Positions 51,940-63,879 are shown, counted from the first letter of the stretch. The stretch is DNA of 64,000 bases from an uncultured Candidatus Rokubacteria bacterium (GCA_963754315.1 CAVWFS010000007.1:96001-160000), one strand, 5' to 3'. Notes: a model not told the origin generated them from the sequence alone. Program-made: numbers and translations.

Positions 51940-51953
51940 TCAGTCGGACCGTG

Positions 51954-53483
51954 CTAGTCGACGTTGCCGAGCATCAGTGCAGTGAACAGCGTGGTCAGCG
52001 CGGTGATGACCAGGATGCCGGCGAGGTTCATCCAGAACCCGGCCTTCATCATCTGCGGCAGCCGCACCAGCCCGGTTCCGAACACGATTGCGTTCGGGGG
52101 CGTTCCAACCGGCATCATGTAGGCGCTGCTCGCGCCGAGCGTGCATGCGAGGATCAGGACGTAGGGGTTCATCCCGAGCACCGGCGACATGGCGGCCAGC
52201 ACCGGCACCATGGTCGAGACCTGCGCCGTGTTGGAGGTGAGCTCGGACAGGAAGACCGTCATGGTGGTAATCGCCAGCAGCAGCACGAGGGGGGGCAGGC
52301 CGGCCAGGGCGCGGGTCGAGTTGCCGATGAACTCCGCCACGCCGTTCGTCTCGATGGCGGCGGCGAGCGTCAGCCCTCCCCCGAAGAGCATCAACACACC
52401 CCACGGGAGTTTCCGGGCCGTTTCCCAGTCCATCGCTCGGGTGCCCTTCGCGCGATCCGCGGGGATCACGAACAGCGCCATCGCCGCCAGCATGGCAATG
52501 CCCGCGTCGGAGAGCCCGCCCAGCGGCTTCACGCCCGCGACCGCCATGCCCTTGAGCAGCGGGTTGAAGATCCAGAGAAACGCGGTGACGGAAAACACCG
52601 CCAACACGATCTTCTCGCCCCGCGTGAAGGGGCCCAGCTTGAGGTACTCCTCGTCGAAATGCTGGCGGCCACCCTCGATCTCGCCGATGTCGGCGCGGAA
52701 CAGGACGCGCGTGACCAGCAGCCAGGCGATCGGCAGGAAAATAAGCGTGAACGGTCCGCCCAGCAGCAGCCAGTCGAAGAAACTCACTTCCTTGCCGAAC
52801 GTCTGCTCCACGTAGCGCACGGCGATGCCGTTGGGTGGCGAACCGATGATGGTCGCCACGCCGCCGATCGATGCCGCGTACGCGATGCAGAGCAGCAGGC
52901 CGGTAGCGAATGTGCGCTCCGGAACCAAATCCTGAGGTATTCCGCCCGATTCCTTCAGGCCGGCGCCGGTACGGCTGCGCAATACCAGGTCGATGACGCT
53001 CAGGGCGATCGGCACCATCATCGCCGTGCACGCGGTGTTCGAGACCCACATGCTCAGGAAGGCGGTGACCGCCATGAAGCCGCCGACGATGGCTCCCGGC
53101 CTGGCCCCGACCAGGCGCAAGGTGAAGAAGGCGATGCGCCGGTCGAGGCCCCAGCGCTCGATGGCGAGCCCGATGATGAAGCCGCCCATGAAGAGGAAAA
53201 TCACATCCGCGGCGTAGGGCGGCAAGACTTTGCTGAGGGGCGCAATGCCCAGCAGCGGGAAGGTCACGATCGGCAGGAGAGCGGTCGCCTCGATATCCAC
53301 CGCCTCGGTGAGCCACCAGCCGGCCATCCAGACCATCATGGCTAGCGTGGCACGTCCCTCTTGTGTGAACGCGACCCACTCGCCCGAAACGGTCGAGTAA
53401 TGAGGGGGGAGCAGGCCGTAGCAGAGCAGCCCGAGCACCGGCCCGCCGACCAGGCCGATCCGCTTGACCGTCGCGGCCGTCAT
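51954..53483 (-). CDS. SLC13/DASS family Na+:dicarboxylate symporter
   Basis: WWLTEA, SMWVSNTA, IGSPPN, ELTSNTA, PVGTPPNAIVF. Confidence 0.93.
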   Translation of the reverse strand: MTAATVKRIGLVGGPVLGLLCYGLLPPHYSTVSGEWVAFTQEGRATLAMMVWMAGWWLTEAVDIEATALLPIVTFPLLGIAPLSKVLPPYAADVIFLFMGGFIIGLAIERWGLDRRIAFFTLRLVGARPGAIVGGFMAVTAFLSMWVSNTACTAMMVPIALSVIDLVLRSRTGAGLKESGGIPQDLVPERTFATGLLLCIAYAASIGGVATIIGSPPNGIAVRYVEQTFGKEVSFFDWLLLGGPFTLIFLPIAWLLVTRVLFRADIGEIEGGRQHFDEEYLKLGPFTRGEKIVLAVFSVTAFLWIFNPLLKGMAVAGVKPLGGLSDAGIAMLAAMALFVIPADRAKGTRAMDWETARKLPWGVLMLFGGGLTLAAAIETNGVAEFIGNSTRALAGLPPLVLLLAITTMTVFLSELTSNTAQVSTMVPVLAAMSPVLGMNPYVLILACTLGASSAYMMPVGTPPNAIVFGTGLVRLPQMMKAGFWMNLAGILVITALTTLFTALMLGNVD

Positions 53484-53538
53484 CCGGGAGCCCCCTGGCC
53501 TGCACCAACCTCCTCCGGATTCGCTCCCAATGATTCGC

Positions 53539-54867
53539 CTAGAACATCAGCTTCGCGAGCACGAGGCCCGTCAGGACGGCGACGAAGGTCGCGACGAGCC
53601 CCGGGATCATGAACGAGTGGTTGATGATGTACTTGCCGATCTTCGTGGTGCCCGACAGGTCGAAGTTTATCGCCGCGATCAGTGAGCCGTAGGTCGGGAT
53701 GAAAAAGTAGCCGTTGACAGACGGGAACGCCCCGATCAGGAACTGGGGCGGGATGCCGAGGGCGAGCCCCAGCGGCATCAGCGCCCGCGCGGTCGCGGCC
53801 TGGCTGTAAAGCAGGACAGACGCGAAGAATAGGCCGAGGGCGAATGTCCACGGCGCGGCCTGGGTCATGGCGCTGATGGCCGGGACGATCACGGCCTGGT
53901 TCGCGCCGATGAAGCTGTCGCCCAGCCAGGCCAGGCCGAAGATGCCGATGACCGCCACCACGCCCGCGCGCAAGGTCGCGGTCTTCGGCACCTCGTCCAC
54001 CGGAACCTTCGCGACCACCAGCATCACGGCCGCGACGGAGAGCATGACGATCTCGATGACAGTTGGCATGGCGAGTGGGGCCTTGGCGCCGGGAAGCTGG
54101 CGAAGAGCGGGGAAGAAGCCGAAGAGCACGACGAGCGCCACGCCGATGAGGAAGAGGACCGCCGACAGCGTCGCGGCCGGCTTGAGCGGCGGCCGCTCGG
54201 AGGCGGCCTTCGGCGGCGGGATGGCGCCGGAAGCAAGGCGCGCCTGGTACTCGGGGTCGTCCTTCAGGTCCTTGCCGACGAACATCGAGATGATCGCCGC
54301 CGCGACGACGCCGGTCAGGGTGGCCGGCACGCAGATCATGAGAATTTGAGGCAGGCCCCACTGCGTGAGGCCCTTTTCGGCGAAGAGCCCGATCATCGCG
54401 GCCGTCGCCGCCGCCACCGGGCTGGCGGTGATCGCCTGCTGGGAGGCGATGGTCGCCACCGCCATGGGCCGCTCCGGCCGGACGCCGCTCTGGTGGGCGG
54501 TCTCGTAGATCACCGGGAGCAGCGGATAGATGATATGGCCGGTGCCGGCCACGAAGGTGAAGGTCCAGGTGGTGAGCGGTGCCACGATCGTGACGTACTT
54601 CGGATTCGCGCGGATGACGCCCTCAGCGATGCGCACGAGGAACTCGATCCCGCCGGCGGCATCCATCACCGAGGCCGCCATGATGACGGCGAGGATGATC
54701 AGCATCACGTCGATCGGGGGCGAGGTAGGGTTCACCCCGAAAACGACCATGAGGACCAGCAGCCCCACCGCTCCCCACAGGCCGAGGCCCACGCCGCTCG
54801 ACCGCGCGCCCATCCAGATCGCGGCCAGCATGACCACGAACTGCAGGACAATGGACACCGTCATCAT
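53539..54867 (-). CDS. dcuA: Anaerobic C4-dicarboxylate transporter (DcuA/DcuB family)
   Basis: AGTGH, RPERP, ITASPVAAA, YSQAAT, FIPTYG, GTTKIGKYIINHSF; DcuA versus DcuB not resolvable by eye. Confidence 0.9.
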   Translation of the reverse strand: MMTVSIVLQFVVMLAAIWMGARSSGVGLGLWGAVGLLVLMVVFGVNPTSPPIDVMLIILAVIMAASVMDAAGGIEFLVRIAEGVIRANPKYVTIVAPLTTWTFTFVAGTGHIIYPLLPVIYETAHQSGVRPERPMAVATIASQQAITASPVAAATAAMIGLFAEKGLTQWGLPQILMICVPATLTGVVAAAIISMFVGKDLKDDPEYQARLASGAIPPPKAASERPPLKPAATLSAVLFLIGVALVVLFGFFPALRQLPGAKAPLAMPTVIEIVMLSVAAVMLVVAKVPVDEVPKTATLRAGVVAVIGIFGLAWLGDSFIGANQAVIVPAISAMTQAAPWTFALGLFFASVLLYSQAATARALMPLGLALGIPPQFLIGAFPSVNGYFFIPTYGSLIAAINFDLSGTTKIGKYIINHSFMIPGLVATFVAVLTGLVLAKLMF

Positions 54868-54904
54868 CGGCTCACTCCCTCTGTGGGAGTTCCTGCCTTG
54901 CGCC

Positions 54905-56307
<1,403 letters not shown>

Positions 56308-56401
56308 ACGTCCCTCCTCGTGGTGCGGCTGGCGCGCGTCTGTGTCGTTACGTGAGACCCGCCACGACCGTGACATCGTGGGTCGAGGAAGGGATCGCCT
56401 C

Positions 56402-56458
56402 TCGAGCTTAGCCCGACGCCGCCGGCGTGGTCCAGCGCGGGGCCCGGGCTAGCTGCCC
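56402..56458. repeat. Direct repeat copy B (57 bp), flanks the aspA cassette
   Basis: 52/57 identical to 50447-50503. Confidence 0.9.
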
Positions 56459-56482
56459 ATCGAGAAGCATGGCGGATCTGTG

Positions 56483-57871
56483 TCACCGCACGGCCGTCCC
56501 GGAAGGACAATGCCAGCCGGCGCCTCCCGTGATGAGCCGGTCCCCGTCGGGCGGGCCCCAGGTGCCCGGATCGTACTCGTGCGCGGGGGTCGAGTTCCCA
56601 AGAATGGGGTCGACCACTCGCCAGGCCGCCTCCACCTCGTCCTGGCGCGCGAAGAGCGTCGCGTTGCCCTCCATGGCTTCCCCAAGGAGGCGCTCGTAGG
56701 CATCCATGTCCTCCGCGCGTTGCTGGTGATGCGCTACCAGCTCCACGTTCTCGCCGGCGAGACCGCTCGTCGGGCCGAGGATCCGCGTGCCGACGGCGAT
56801 GACGAGCTCGGGCTGGACCCGGAACCTGAGGTAGTTGCTCTGCCCGGTCGGGATGTGGGTGTAGATCTCGGGGGGACGCCGGAGCTTCACCAAGACCTCG
56901 GTGGCCGTGACGGGCAGGCACTTCCCGGCCCGGATGTAGAAGGGCACTCCTGCCCAGCGCCAGGAACGGATCTCGAGACGGAGGGCCACGAACGTCTCCA
57001 CGCACGAGTTGGCGGCCACCCCCTCCTCCTGACGGTAGCCGCGGAACTGCCCGCGCACCACGTTCGCGGCGTCGAGGGGCCGCGTGCCACGGAGCACCTT
57101 GACCTTCTCGTCACGGAGTGCGTCGGCGTCGCCACCGATGGGCGCCTCCATGGCAAGGAGCGCCATCACCTGGAGCAGGTGATTCTGCACGACGTCGCGA
57201 ATGGCCCCTGCTTCTTCGTAGAAACGGCCCCGCCCCGTCACCCCGAAGTCTTCGGCCATCGTGATCTGGACGCTCTCGACGTGCTGACGATTCCAGATCG
57301 GTTCGAGGAACGAGTTGGCGAAGCGGAAGTAGAGGAGGTTCTGGACCGTGTTCTTACCGAGGAAGTGATCGATACGGAAGATCGCCGACTCCGGGAAGAC
57401 GCGCTGGAGCGTAGTGTTCAGCGCCTGGGCGGAGGCGAGGTCGCGCCCGAAAGGTTTCTCGATGACGAGCCGTGCGCCGTCCGCGCACCCCGACGTCGCC
57501 AGCGACTCCGTCACGGAGCCGAACAGGCTCGGCGGGATCGCCAGGTAGTGGCAGGGGCACGATGCCTCACCGAGCGCCTGCCGGAGGTGCTTGAAGGTCG
57601 CGGCGTCACGGTAGTCGCCGTCGACGTACCGGAGCCGACTCGAGAGCTTCGCGAACGCCTCGGGTTCCACGCCGCCGCCGTGCGTCTCGAGGCTCTCTCG
57701 GGCCCGGGCCAGGAGCTCCGCCAGGCCCCAGCCGGCCTTGGCCACGCCGATGACCGGCACCTCGAGTCCGCCATTGCGGATCATGGACTGAAGCGCGGGA
57801 AAGATTTTCTTGAAGGCGAGATCGCCGGTGGCGCCAAAGAAGACGAGAGCGTCGGACGCCCCGGACGGCAT
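56483..57871 (-). CDS. zwf: Glucose-6-phosphate 1-dehydrogenase
   Basis: [46 protein letters not shown]; real start is ATG 57871. Confidence 0.96.
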   Translation of the reverse strand: MPSGASDALVFFGATGDLAFKKIFPALQSMIRNGGLEVPVIGVAKAGWGLAELLARARESLETHGGGVEPEAFAKLSSRLRYVDGDYRDAATFKHLRQALGEASCPCHYLAIPPSLFGSVTESLATSGCADGARLVIEKPFGRDLASAQALNTTLQRVFPESAIFRIDHFLGKNTVQNLLYFRFANSFLEPIWNRQHVESVQITMAEDFGVTGRGRFYEEAGAIRDVVQNHLLQVMALLAMEAPIGGDADALRDEKVKVLRGTRPLDAANVVRGQFRGYRQEEGVAANSCVETFVALRLEIRSWRWAGVPFYIRAGKCLPVTATEVLVKLRRPPEIYTHIPTGQSNYLRFRVQPELVIAVGTRILGPTSGLAGENVELVAHHQQRAEDMDAYERLLGEAMEGNATLFARQDEVEAAWRVVDPILGNSTPAHEYDPGTWGPPDGDRLITGGAGWHCPSGTAVR

Positions 57872-58078
57872 CAGGTCTGCCCCCCTGCCGCTGTCAGCCC
57901 GAGAACACGAAACCCCACTGGGTCCCCTCCAGGTATGGACTGTGCCGCCGCCAATCATAAGCGAGGGAAGGGCAGCGTCACCACAACCGGGCGGATCGGC
58001 GTCAGAGATCAGTCCACGCTCGACAAGTATAATCGTCCGGCGCACCGGCGTCTTCCCGCCGGCACTTAAGGAGGGCGC

Positions 58079-59146
58079 TTGGCTGTCAAACCGTCCATTC
58101 ACTGGTTGCTGATCGCCATGCCCGTCGCCGCCGGGCTTGACGCCATCGGCGCGGCCGCCCCGCTCGTCTTCTTCTGCGCCGCCCTGGCGATCGTGCCCTT
58201 GGCCAGCCTGATCGTGCACAGCACCGAGCACCTCGCGGCTCGCACGGGCCCGGCCCTCGGGGGACTTCTCAACGCGACGTTCGGCAACCTGCCCGAGCTC
58301 ATCATCGCCATGGTGGCGCTCCGCGCTGGGCTGGTCGAGATGGTCAGAGCCTCGCTGATCGGCGCCCTGCTCGCCAACCTGCTGCTCGCCCTCGGCCTCG
58401 CCTTCCTGCTTGGGGGCCTGCGTCATCACGTGCAGGAGTACAACCCGGCAGCGGCGCGCATGTACGCCTCCATGATGCTCCTCGCCGCCGTCAGCATGGT
58501 GGTGCCGAGCACGTTCCACCGCCTTCTCGGCGTTGCGGCGCCACACGAGGCGGGCGCTCTCGACACCGGGGTGGCGGTCGTGCTCCTGGCCGGGTACATC
58601 CTGTACCTGATCTTCATGCTCCGCACGCACCCGGAGGTCTTCGCCGCGACCAAGGCGGAGCAGGGCGATACCGGCGCGGTGTGGAGCGTCGCGCGAGCGG
58701 TTGGTACCCTCGTCGCAGCATCCCTCGGCGCGGCGTGGATGAGCGAAGTCCTCGTCGGCGCGGCGGAGGCGACCGGACAGGCCCTGGGGATGTCGCCCCT
58801 CTTCATCGGGATCGTGCTGCTGGCGGCCATCGGCGGCGCGGCCGAGAGCGGAGCCGCGATTGCCATGGCCGGCAAGAACAAGATGGATCTCTCGGTGGGA
58901 ATCGCGATGGGGAGCTCCATCCAGATCGCGCTCTTCGTGACCCCGGTGCTGGTGCTGTCGAGCCGGCTGATCGCGCCGCAGCGCCTGACCCTGTCGTTCA
59001 ATCGGGTCGAGATCGGCGCCTTGTTCCTCGGCGTGCTGATCGGGACTCTGGTGGCGGGGGACGGACGCTCGCACTGGTTCAAGGGGGTCCAGCTCGTCGC
59101 CTTCTACCTCATCCTCGCCGCCATGTTCTATCTGATCCCGGCCTAG
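58079..59146 (+). CDS. cax: Calcium/proton exchanger (CAX/ChaA family)
   Basis: [52 protein letters not shown]. Confidence 0.92.
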   Translation: MAVKPSIHWLLIAMPVAAGLDAIGAAAPLVFFCAALAIVPLASLIVHSTEHLAARTGPALGGLLNATFGNLPELIIAMVALRAGLVEMVRASLIGALLANLLLALGLAFLLGGLRHHVQEYNPAAARMYASMMLLAAVSMVVPSTFHRLLGVAAPHEAGALDTGVAVVLLAGYILYLIFMLRTHPEVFAATKAEQGDTGAVWSVARAVGTLVAASLGAAWMSEVLVGAAEATGQALGMSPLFIGIVLLAAIGGAAESGAAIAMAGKNKMDLSVGIAMGSSIQIALFVTPVLVLSSRLIAPQRLTLSFNRVEIGALFLGVLIGTLVAGDGRSHWFKGVQLVAFYLILAAMFYLIPA

Positions 59147-59155
59147 ACCGGTCCG

Positions 59156-59848
59156 ATGTCGGGACGCTCCGTGATCCGTGCTCCCGTCCGCTCCGTCCTG
59201 GCGCCGGGACGGCTTCGTATCCTGCTGCTGTCCTTGCTCCTGCTCTTCGTCGGCACGGCCGCATCGGCCGGGACCAGTCTCGCGCGCCCCATCGAGGTGA
59301 CCCTGATAGTGCTGGTGATTGTCGCCGCGATCTGGGACCTGCGAGAGCGCGGGCGCGAGCGCCTGGCTGCCGTCGCCCTCGCTGTCGGCGCGATCCTCCT
59401 GAGTCTTCTGGACGTGACCGTGCGAATCCGCCACTTGCCGGTCGCCGCGAGCGCGATCGTCGCAGCGTTCGCTGGCCTCGTGGTCTGGCGAGCGTACACG
59501 GGCGCCATGCGGCCCGACCGGCCGGTGGGCGAGCGCATCCTCGGCGCCGTCTGCGTCTACCTTCTGATTGGCCTCGCCTGGGCGAAGGTCTACGAGACCT
59601 TGGACGTGGTGGCCCCAGGTTCGTTTCGCTTCCCGGCGGACAGCGCCTGGGGGATGCCCAGCCTGCCCCGCTACGCCTACGTGTCGTTTATCACCCTGGC
59701 CACCGTCGGCTACGGCGACGTCACCCCCACCACACCGATCGCGGGCACCCTCGCCTGGCTCGAGGCCGTCACCGGGCAACTCTATCTCGCCATCACGGTC
59801 GCCCGGCTCGTGGCGCTGTCGCTGGCCGACGGGCGCGGTCGTCCTTGA
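59156..59848 (+). CDS. Potassium channel family protein
   Basis: [17 protein letters not shown] selectivity filter; [17 protein letters not shown]. Confidence 0.9.
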   Translation: MSGRSVIRAPVRSVLAPGRLRILLLSLLLLFVGTAASAGTSLARPIEVTLIVLVIVAAIWDLRERGRERLAAVALAVGAILLSLLDVTVRIRHLPVAASAIVAAFAGLVVWRAYTGAMRPDRPVGERILGAVCVYLLIGLAWAKVYETLDVVAPGSFRFPADSAWGMPSLPRYAYVSFITLATVGYGDVTPTTPIAGTLAWLEAVTGQLYLAITVARLVALSLADGRGRP

Positions 59849-59918
59849 TCAAGATGGGGGGCAGCTTCGTGAAGCCGCCGCCCACTTGGCGCAGGGCGCC
59901 CTGAGCTAGAATCACGCG

Positions 59919-62297
59919 ATGTCGCTGTCGGCCGTCGCTCGCGGCCTGCGCTCGAGAGCGCGCGGCCTCCTCATGATCGCCCTCGGCGTCGCCGCCGTCG
60001 CCCTTCCATGGCTGACCGGCGAGTGGTCCATCGCCCTGCTGGGGCTCCTCGTGCTCTCCTCGGGGGCGCTCGAGCTGGTCCATGCCATGCGCGGGGGCGA
60101 CGCCGAGGACGTCACCGGGAGCTACGCCGGCGCCCTCGTTGCGATCATCGCGGGTCTGCTCCTGTTCGCGCTTCCCTCGCTGGTGCTGACGGCCGTCGTG
60201 AAGCTCTTGGCCCTGCTGCTCGCGGTCGACGGCGTGCGGCGCCTGGTGCAGGCCTGGCGCCACCGCGGTTCCGGGCGCGCGTGGTCGGCGTTCAACGGTG
60301 TTCTGAACGTAGCCTTGGGCCTCCTCCTATGGCGCCTGGGGCCGACCTTGGGCGTCACCGCGGTGGGGCTCGTCCTCGGAATTGGCATGATCTGCGCCGG
60401 CTGGAGGATGGCGATCGCGCCCGCGACCGGACGCGCGGGTGGCAGCGCATGGGTCCCGGACGATCAGCACCCGGACCTGCGTGTCGCCCTCGCCCCACAC
60501 CCGGAGCTAGGCCGGGTGGCGCGCTCTGCTCTGGAGCAGGAGCGCCAGCGGTGGCGAATCGACCTAACCTGGTGCGTCACCCTGGCGGTAGTCTTCTTCC
60601 TCACTCACGCCGGCCGCATGGACTTGCCCTGGAATGTCTTCGGGGTTGCCTCCACCGCCGTTGCCGTCGCCGGCGATCTGCTGACGGCGCTCGTGTTGAC
60701 AATCGTGATCATCCTGCCCGCGCGACTTCTCTGGCGGAAGCTCACGCGGCCCCTCGAGGCGAGCGCATGGCGGAATCGTCTCGCCCGCAGCGGTGCGGGG
60801 GCGCGACTAGCGATCGGCGATCGGGTCGTCGATCTCTGGCTCGACGGTCGGGTCCGGTTCGCGGTGCGGCTGCACCAAGCGCGCACGTCGCTCGGCGGGG
60901 CGGTGTGGAGAACGCTCCAGGATGGGTTGCCCCTGACGGCCATCCTGATCGCGCTGAACCCGATCTGGGGCTTCAGCTGGTATTTCAACAGCGAGAACTG
61001 GGTGACCGGTGTCTGGCAGAAGATCACCGAGAGCCGCGTGGACGTGTGGCGGGAGCGCATGGTCGACGCGGTGGCGACGCCAGGAGCGGCGCCGATGGAG
61101 GAGCTCTTCACCGTCCGGCCCGAGGGCGTCAACGGAGAGCCCGACTTCAGCTTTCTCGTCATCGGCGATCCCGGAGAGGGGGATCCCTCCCAGCAGTCAC
61201 TCCGCGACCGCTACCTGTTCGAGGGAGGCCGATCCGACGTGAAGTTCCTGGTCGTGGCCTCCGATGTGATCTACCCCGCGGGGGCCATGCGGGACTACGA
61301 AGGCAAGTTCTATTTGCCTTTCAAGGGCTTCACCAAGCCCATCTACGCCATCCCAGGCAATCATGACTGGTTCGATGCGCTCGAGGGCTTCGTCGCCAAC
61401 TTCCTGCGACCCGACGCAGCCCGGACCGCCCTGCAGGCCCGGCGCGCCGGCGATCGCCTCCTCGGTCTTACCGGCGGAACACCGGTCGAGACGTTCGTGG
61501 CCGAAGCCGAGCGCCTGCGGCGTGAGTACCAGGTGCGCACCGGGTTTCAGGGCGCGCCCTTCTTCGAGATTCACGCCGAGCGTTTCGCCCTCATCGCCGC
61601 CGACACGGGTATCCGGCGGCGGCTGGATGCTCGGCAGCACGCATGGTTCGTCTCGGCTCTCGAGCGGGCGCGCGGGAAATTCGTGATGGTGCTGCTCGGA
61701 CATCCGCTCTTTGCCGGCGGCCATGCCCAGGCCGCCGGCGATCCGGCATTTGCCGAGATCCACGAGCTGCTCAGGCAGCACCGGGTGCCGCTCGTGATGG
61801 CGGGCGACACGCACGACTTCGAGTACTACCGCGAGGTCTACGACGGACCGGACGGGCCTGCGGTGATGCATCATGTCGTGAACGGCGGCGGCGGAGCCTA
61901 CCTCAGCATCGGGACTGCGCTCGACTGGCCCGTGCGGCCCGCAGTCGCCGACTGGGCCTTCTACCCCAGCACGGCCGCTCTCCGCGCGAAGCTCGACACG
62001 GAGACGCCGCCGTGGAAACGGCCTCTGTGGTGGTGGGTGAAGCATCTGGGAGCCTGGCCGTCTTCGCCCGAGACGCTGTCGGGGGTCTTCGACTTCAATC
62101 GCGCCCCCTTCTTTCAGAGTTTCGCCGAGGTGCGCATCGAGGGTTCGGCCGACCGCGTGCACGTCGTGATGCATGGTGTGCACGGTCCTCTCCGCTGGCG
62201 CGAGCTTCAGCTTGGCGGGCAGCTCGTGCGTGAGGGACCAGACCGAGATGACTCGTTTGCGCTCGTGCTGCCGCTACCGCCTCCGCCCGCGCGCTGA
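59919..62297 (+). CDS. Membrane protein: HdeD/DUF308 repeats plus TM region plus calcineurin-like metallophosphoesterase
   Basis: Paired TM hairpins in the N-terminus; GDPGEGD, SDVIYP, PGNHDW, GHP and GDTH metallophosphoesterase motifs. Confidence 0.82.
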   Translation: MSLSAVARGLRSRARGLLMIALGVAAVALPWLTGEWSIALLGLLVLSSGALELVHAMRGGDAEDVTGSYAGALVAIIAGLLLFALPSLVLTAVVKLLALLLAVDGVRRLVQAWRHRGSGRAWSAFNGVLNVALGLLLWRLGPTLGVTAVGLVLGIGMICAGWRMAIAPATGRAGGSAWVPDDQHPDLRVALAPHPELGRVARSALEQERQRWRIDLTWCVTLAVVFFLTHAGRMDLPWNVFGVASTAVAVAGDLLTALVLTIVIILPARLLWRKLTRPLEASAWRNRLARSGAGARLAIGDRVVDLWLDGRVRFAVRLHQARTSLGGAVWRTLQDGLPLTAILIALNPIWGFSWYFNSENWVTGVWQKITESRVDVWRERMVDAVATPGAAPMEELFTVRPEGVNGEPDFSFLVIGDPGEGDPSQQSLRDRYLFEGGRSDVKFLVVASDVIYPAGAMRDYEGKFYLPFKGFTKPIYAIPGNHDWFDALEGFVANFLRPDAARTALQARRAGDRLLGLTGGTPVETFVAEAERLRREYQVRTGFQGAPFFEIHAERFALIAADTGIRRRLDARQHAWFVSALERARGKFVMVLLGHPLFAGGHAQAAGDPAFAEIHELLRQHRVPLVMAGDTHDFEYYREVYDGPDGPAVMHHVVNGGGGAYLSIGTALDWPVRPAVADWAFYPSTAALRAKLDTETPPWKRPLWWWVKHLGAWPSSPETLSGVFDFNRAPFFQSFAEVRIEGSADRVHVVMHGVHGPLRWRELQLGGQLVREGPDRDDSFALVLPLPPPPAR

Positions 62298-62376
62298 GGC
62301 GCGTTCTTTGCGAGGCCAGGCTCACGGGGCACCGAACGCCCTCATCCGCCTCGCCGCTCACTGAGCTCGCCGGGCC

Positions 62377-62690
62377 TCAGTCGGATACAGCGACCGCTTC
62401 GATCTCGATCAGGGCTCCCGGGATGGCGAGGCCAGCCACCTGGACCAGGGTGCTGGCGGGCGGGTTCGTGCCGAAGAATTCCGAGCGCACCTCGCCGTAG
62501 CCCTCCCGATAGCGGATGTCTGTGACGAACACCGTGACCTTCACGACATCCCGGAGGCTCGCGCCGCCAGTTTCGAGGATGCGCCGCATGTTCTCGAAGA
62601 CCCGGCGGGTCTGAGTGTGTATGTCATTCGGCCCGACGAGCTTGCCGTCCTTGTCGAGTGCCAGCTGCCCGGCGACGTAGACCGTGTCCT
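62377..62690 (-). pseudogene. RidA/YjgF family gene lacking its native 5' end
   Basis: DTVYVAGQ...PPASTLVQVAGLA..ALIEIEAVA intact; sequence upstream of about 62690 is the antisense of another gene, not a RidA N-terminus. Confidence 0.75.
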
Positions 62691-63031
62691 CGCGTCGCGT
62701 GAAGGACGAGATCCGCGACATGGACGACGCCAGCGCGGGCTGGCCAAGCTTCGCCCCGTCACCTTCCGCTACAAAGCCGAGCCCCACTGGTCCGCGCCCG
62801 ATCGAGTACGGCCTGATCGCCGAGGAGGTGGCCGAAATCTACCCCGAGTTGGTGGTGCGCGACAAAGACGGCCAGCCTTCGGGCGTGCGCTATCACGTCC
62901 TCCCGGCGATGCTGCTCAACGAACTGCAACGGCAGCAGCGGGTGATCGAAGCCCAGACCCGACTCCTCGACGAACGCACCGCGCGGCTCTCGCGTCTGGA
63001 GGCGAAGGGCGCCGCCGCTGCTGGACGCTGA
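62681..63031 (+). pseudogene. C-terminal fragment of a peptidase S74 (intramolecular chaperone) tail-fibre-type protein
   Basis: SSRRVKDEIRDM...LAKLRPVTFRYK...YGLIAEEVAEIYPELV...VRY..L..LLNELQ plus coiled coil; compensating -1/+1 shifts near 62738 and 62783; no 5' portion. Confidence 0.82.
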
Positions 63032-63060
63032 GCGGAGCGACGACGCATCAAGGGAGGCCG

Positions 63061-63088
63061 CTCCTGGAGGTCCAGGCGCCTCCAGGAG
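63061..63088 (+). terminator. Hairpin downstream of the S74 fragment
   Basis: CTCCTGGAGG-N8-CCTCCAGGAG, 10-bp stem. Confidence 0.5.
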
Positions 63089-63340
63089 TGCACTTCAGGC
63101 CCCGGAGACACTCTCAGACCAGCCCGGCATAAGTCGAATTTTCCTGAAGCCGCTGGGAGTGTCAGCGCTCCAGAGGAGCACGACGGCGTCGTCTCGACGC
63201 CTGTCACAGACCCGAGACAGATCCGGTCACACCTCGCGCGCTGAGGCGCCCTGGTCCTCGTGGAGCCTCTTGACGGACCACCGGCAGGCCGCGTAGCGTC
63301 CCACCATGCACACGATCCGAGAGCACCGGACTCCGACTCC

Positions 63341-63362
63341 GATAGGGTCCGGATAGGGTCCG
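63341..63362. repeat. Tandem 11-bp repeat near the tRNA-Leu 3' end (possible integrase arm-type site)
   Basis: GATAGGGTCCG x2, preceded by GACTCC x2 (63329-63340), about 60 bp from the tRNA CCA end. Confidence 0.55.
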
Positions 63363-63420
63363 GTTGGCGATTTCGACTCGTCGGCGCCGCCGCCGAAAAG
63401 TGGCTAAGTCCGTGAAGATT

Positions 63421-63507
63421 TGGTGCCGGGGGAGGGGCTCGAACCCTCACGGCCTTGCGATCAGCGGATTTTAAGTCCGCTGCGTCTGCCGATTCCGCCA
63501 CCCCGGC
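63421..63507 (-). tRNA. tRNA-Leu(TAA)
   Basis: GCCGGGGTGGCGGAATCGGCAGACGCAGCGGAC-T-TAA-AATCCGCTG...GGTTCGAGCCCCTCCCCCGGCACCA; long variable arm, encoded CCA. Confidence 0.97.
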
Positions 63508-63539
63508 CCGTCATAGAATCACACGTACAGCACGCGTGC

Positions 63540-63731
63540 TCATCTGAAAGTGCTCGGCGACTGGCTGCACCCGAAGTCGAGGATCCTGGCGCCGGGGGAC
63601 AGGCCGAGGTTCTGGAAGACCCATGGGATCTCGACAACACGCTTACCCATCACCAGGTCGTAGTTCCAGACCAGGGTACCGAACAGCAGACGCCCGGCGC
63701 GGTTGCGCGGCGTCGGACAGCGCTCGAGATA
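63540..63731 (-). pseudogene. Fragment of a class I SAM-dependent methyltransferase
   Basis: Hand translation ...MGKRVVEIPWVFQNLGLSPGARILDFGCSQS then stop; SAM motif I (ILDFGC); bounded by stop codons on both sides. Confidence 0.65.
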
Positions 63732-63879
63732 TTACGGGACGGTGAAGTCAGGGTGCACAACGCGGGGAAACAGGCGGAAGAGCGGCGAGGGAAAGTCCGC
63801 GGAGCGAGGTTGTCTTCACATAGGTCGCGCGTGATGCCCTCGTCCATGTACGGCGAGGCTGCTGCGGTCCCTCACGGTG

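Noticed and set aside
57872..59779. Apparent 636-aa N-terminal extension of Zwf (1098-aa ORF)
   Set aside because: It is the antisense of cax and the K+ channel gene; G6PD homology begins at ATG 57871.
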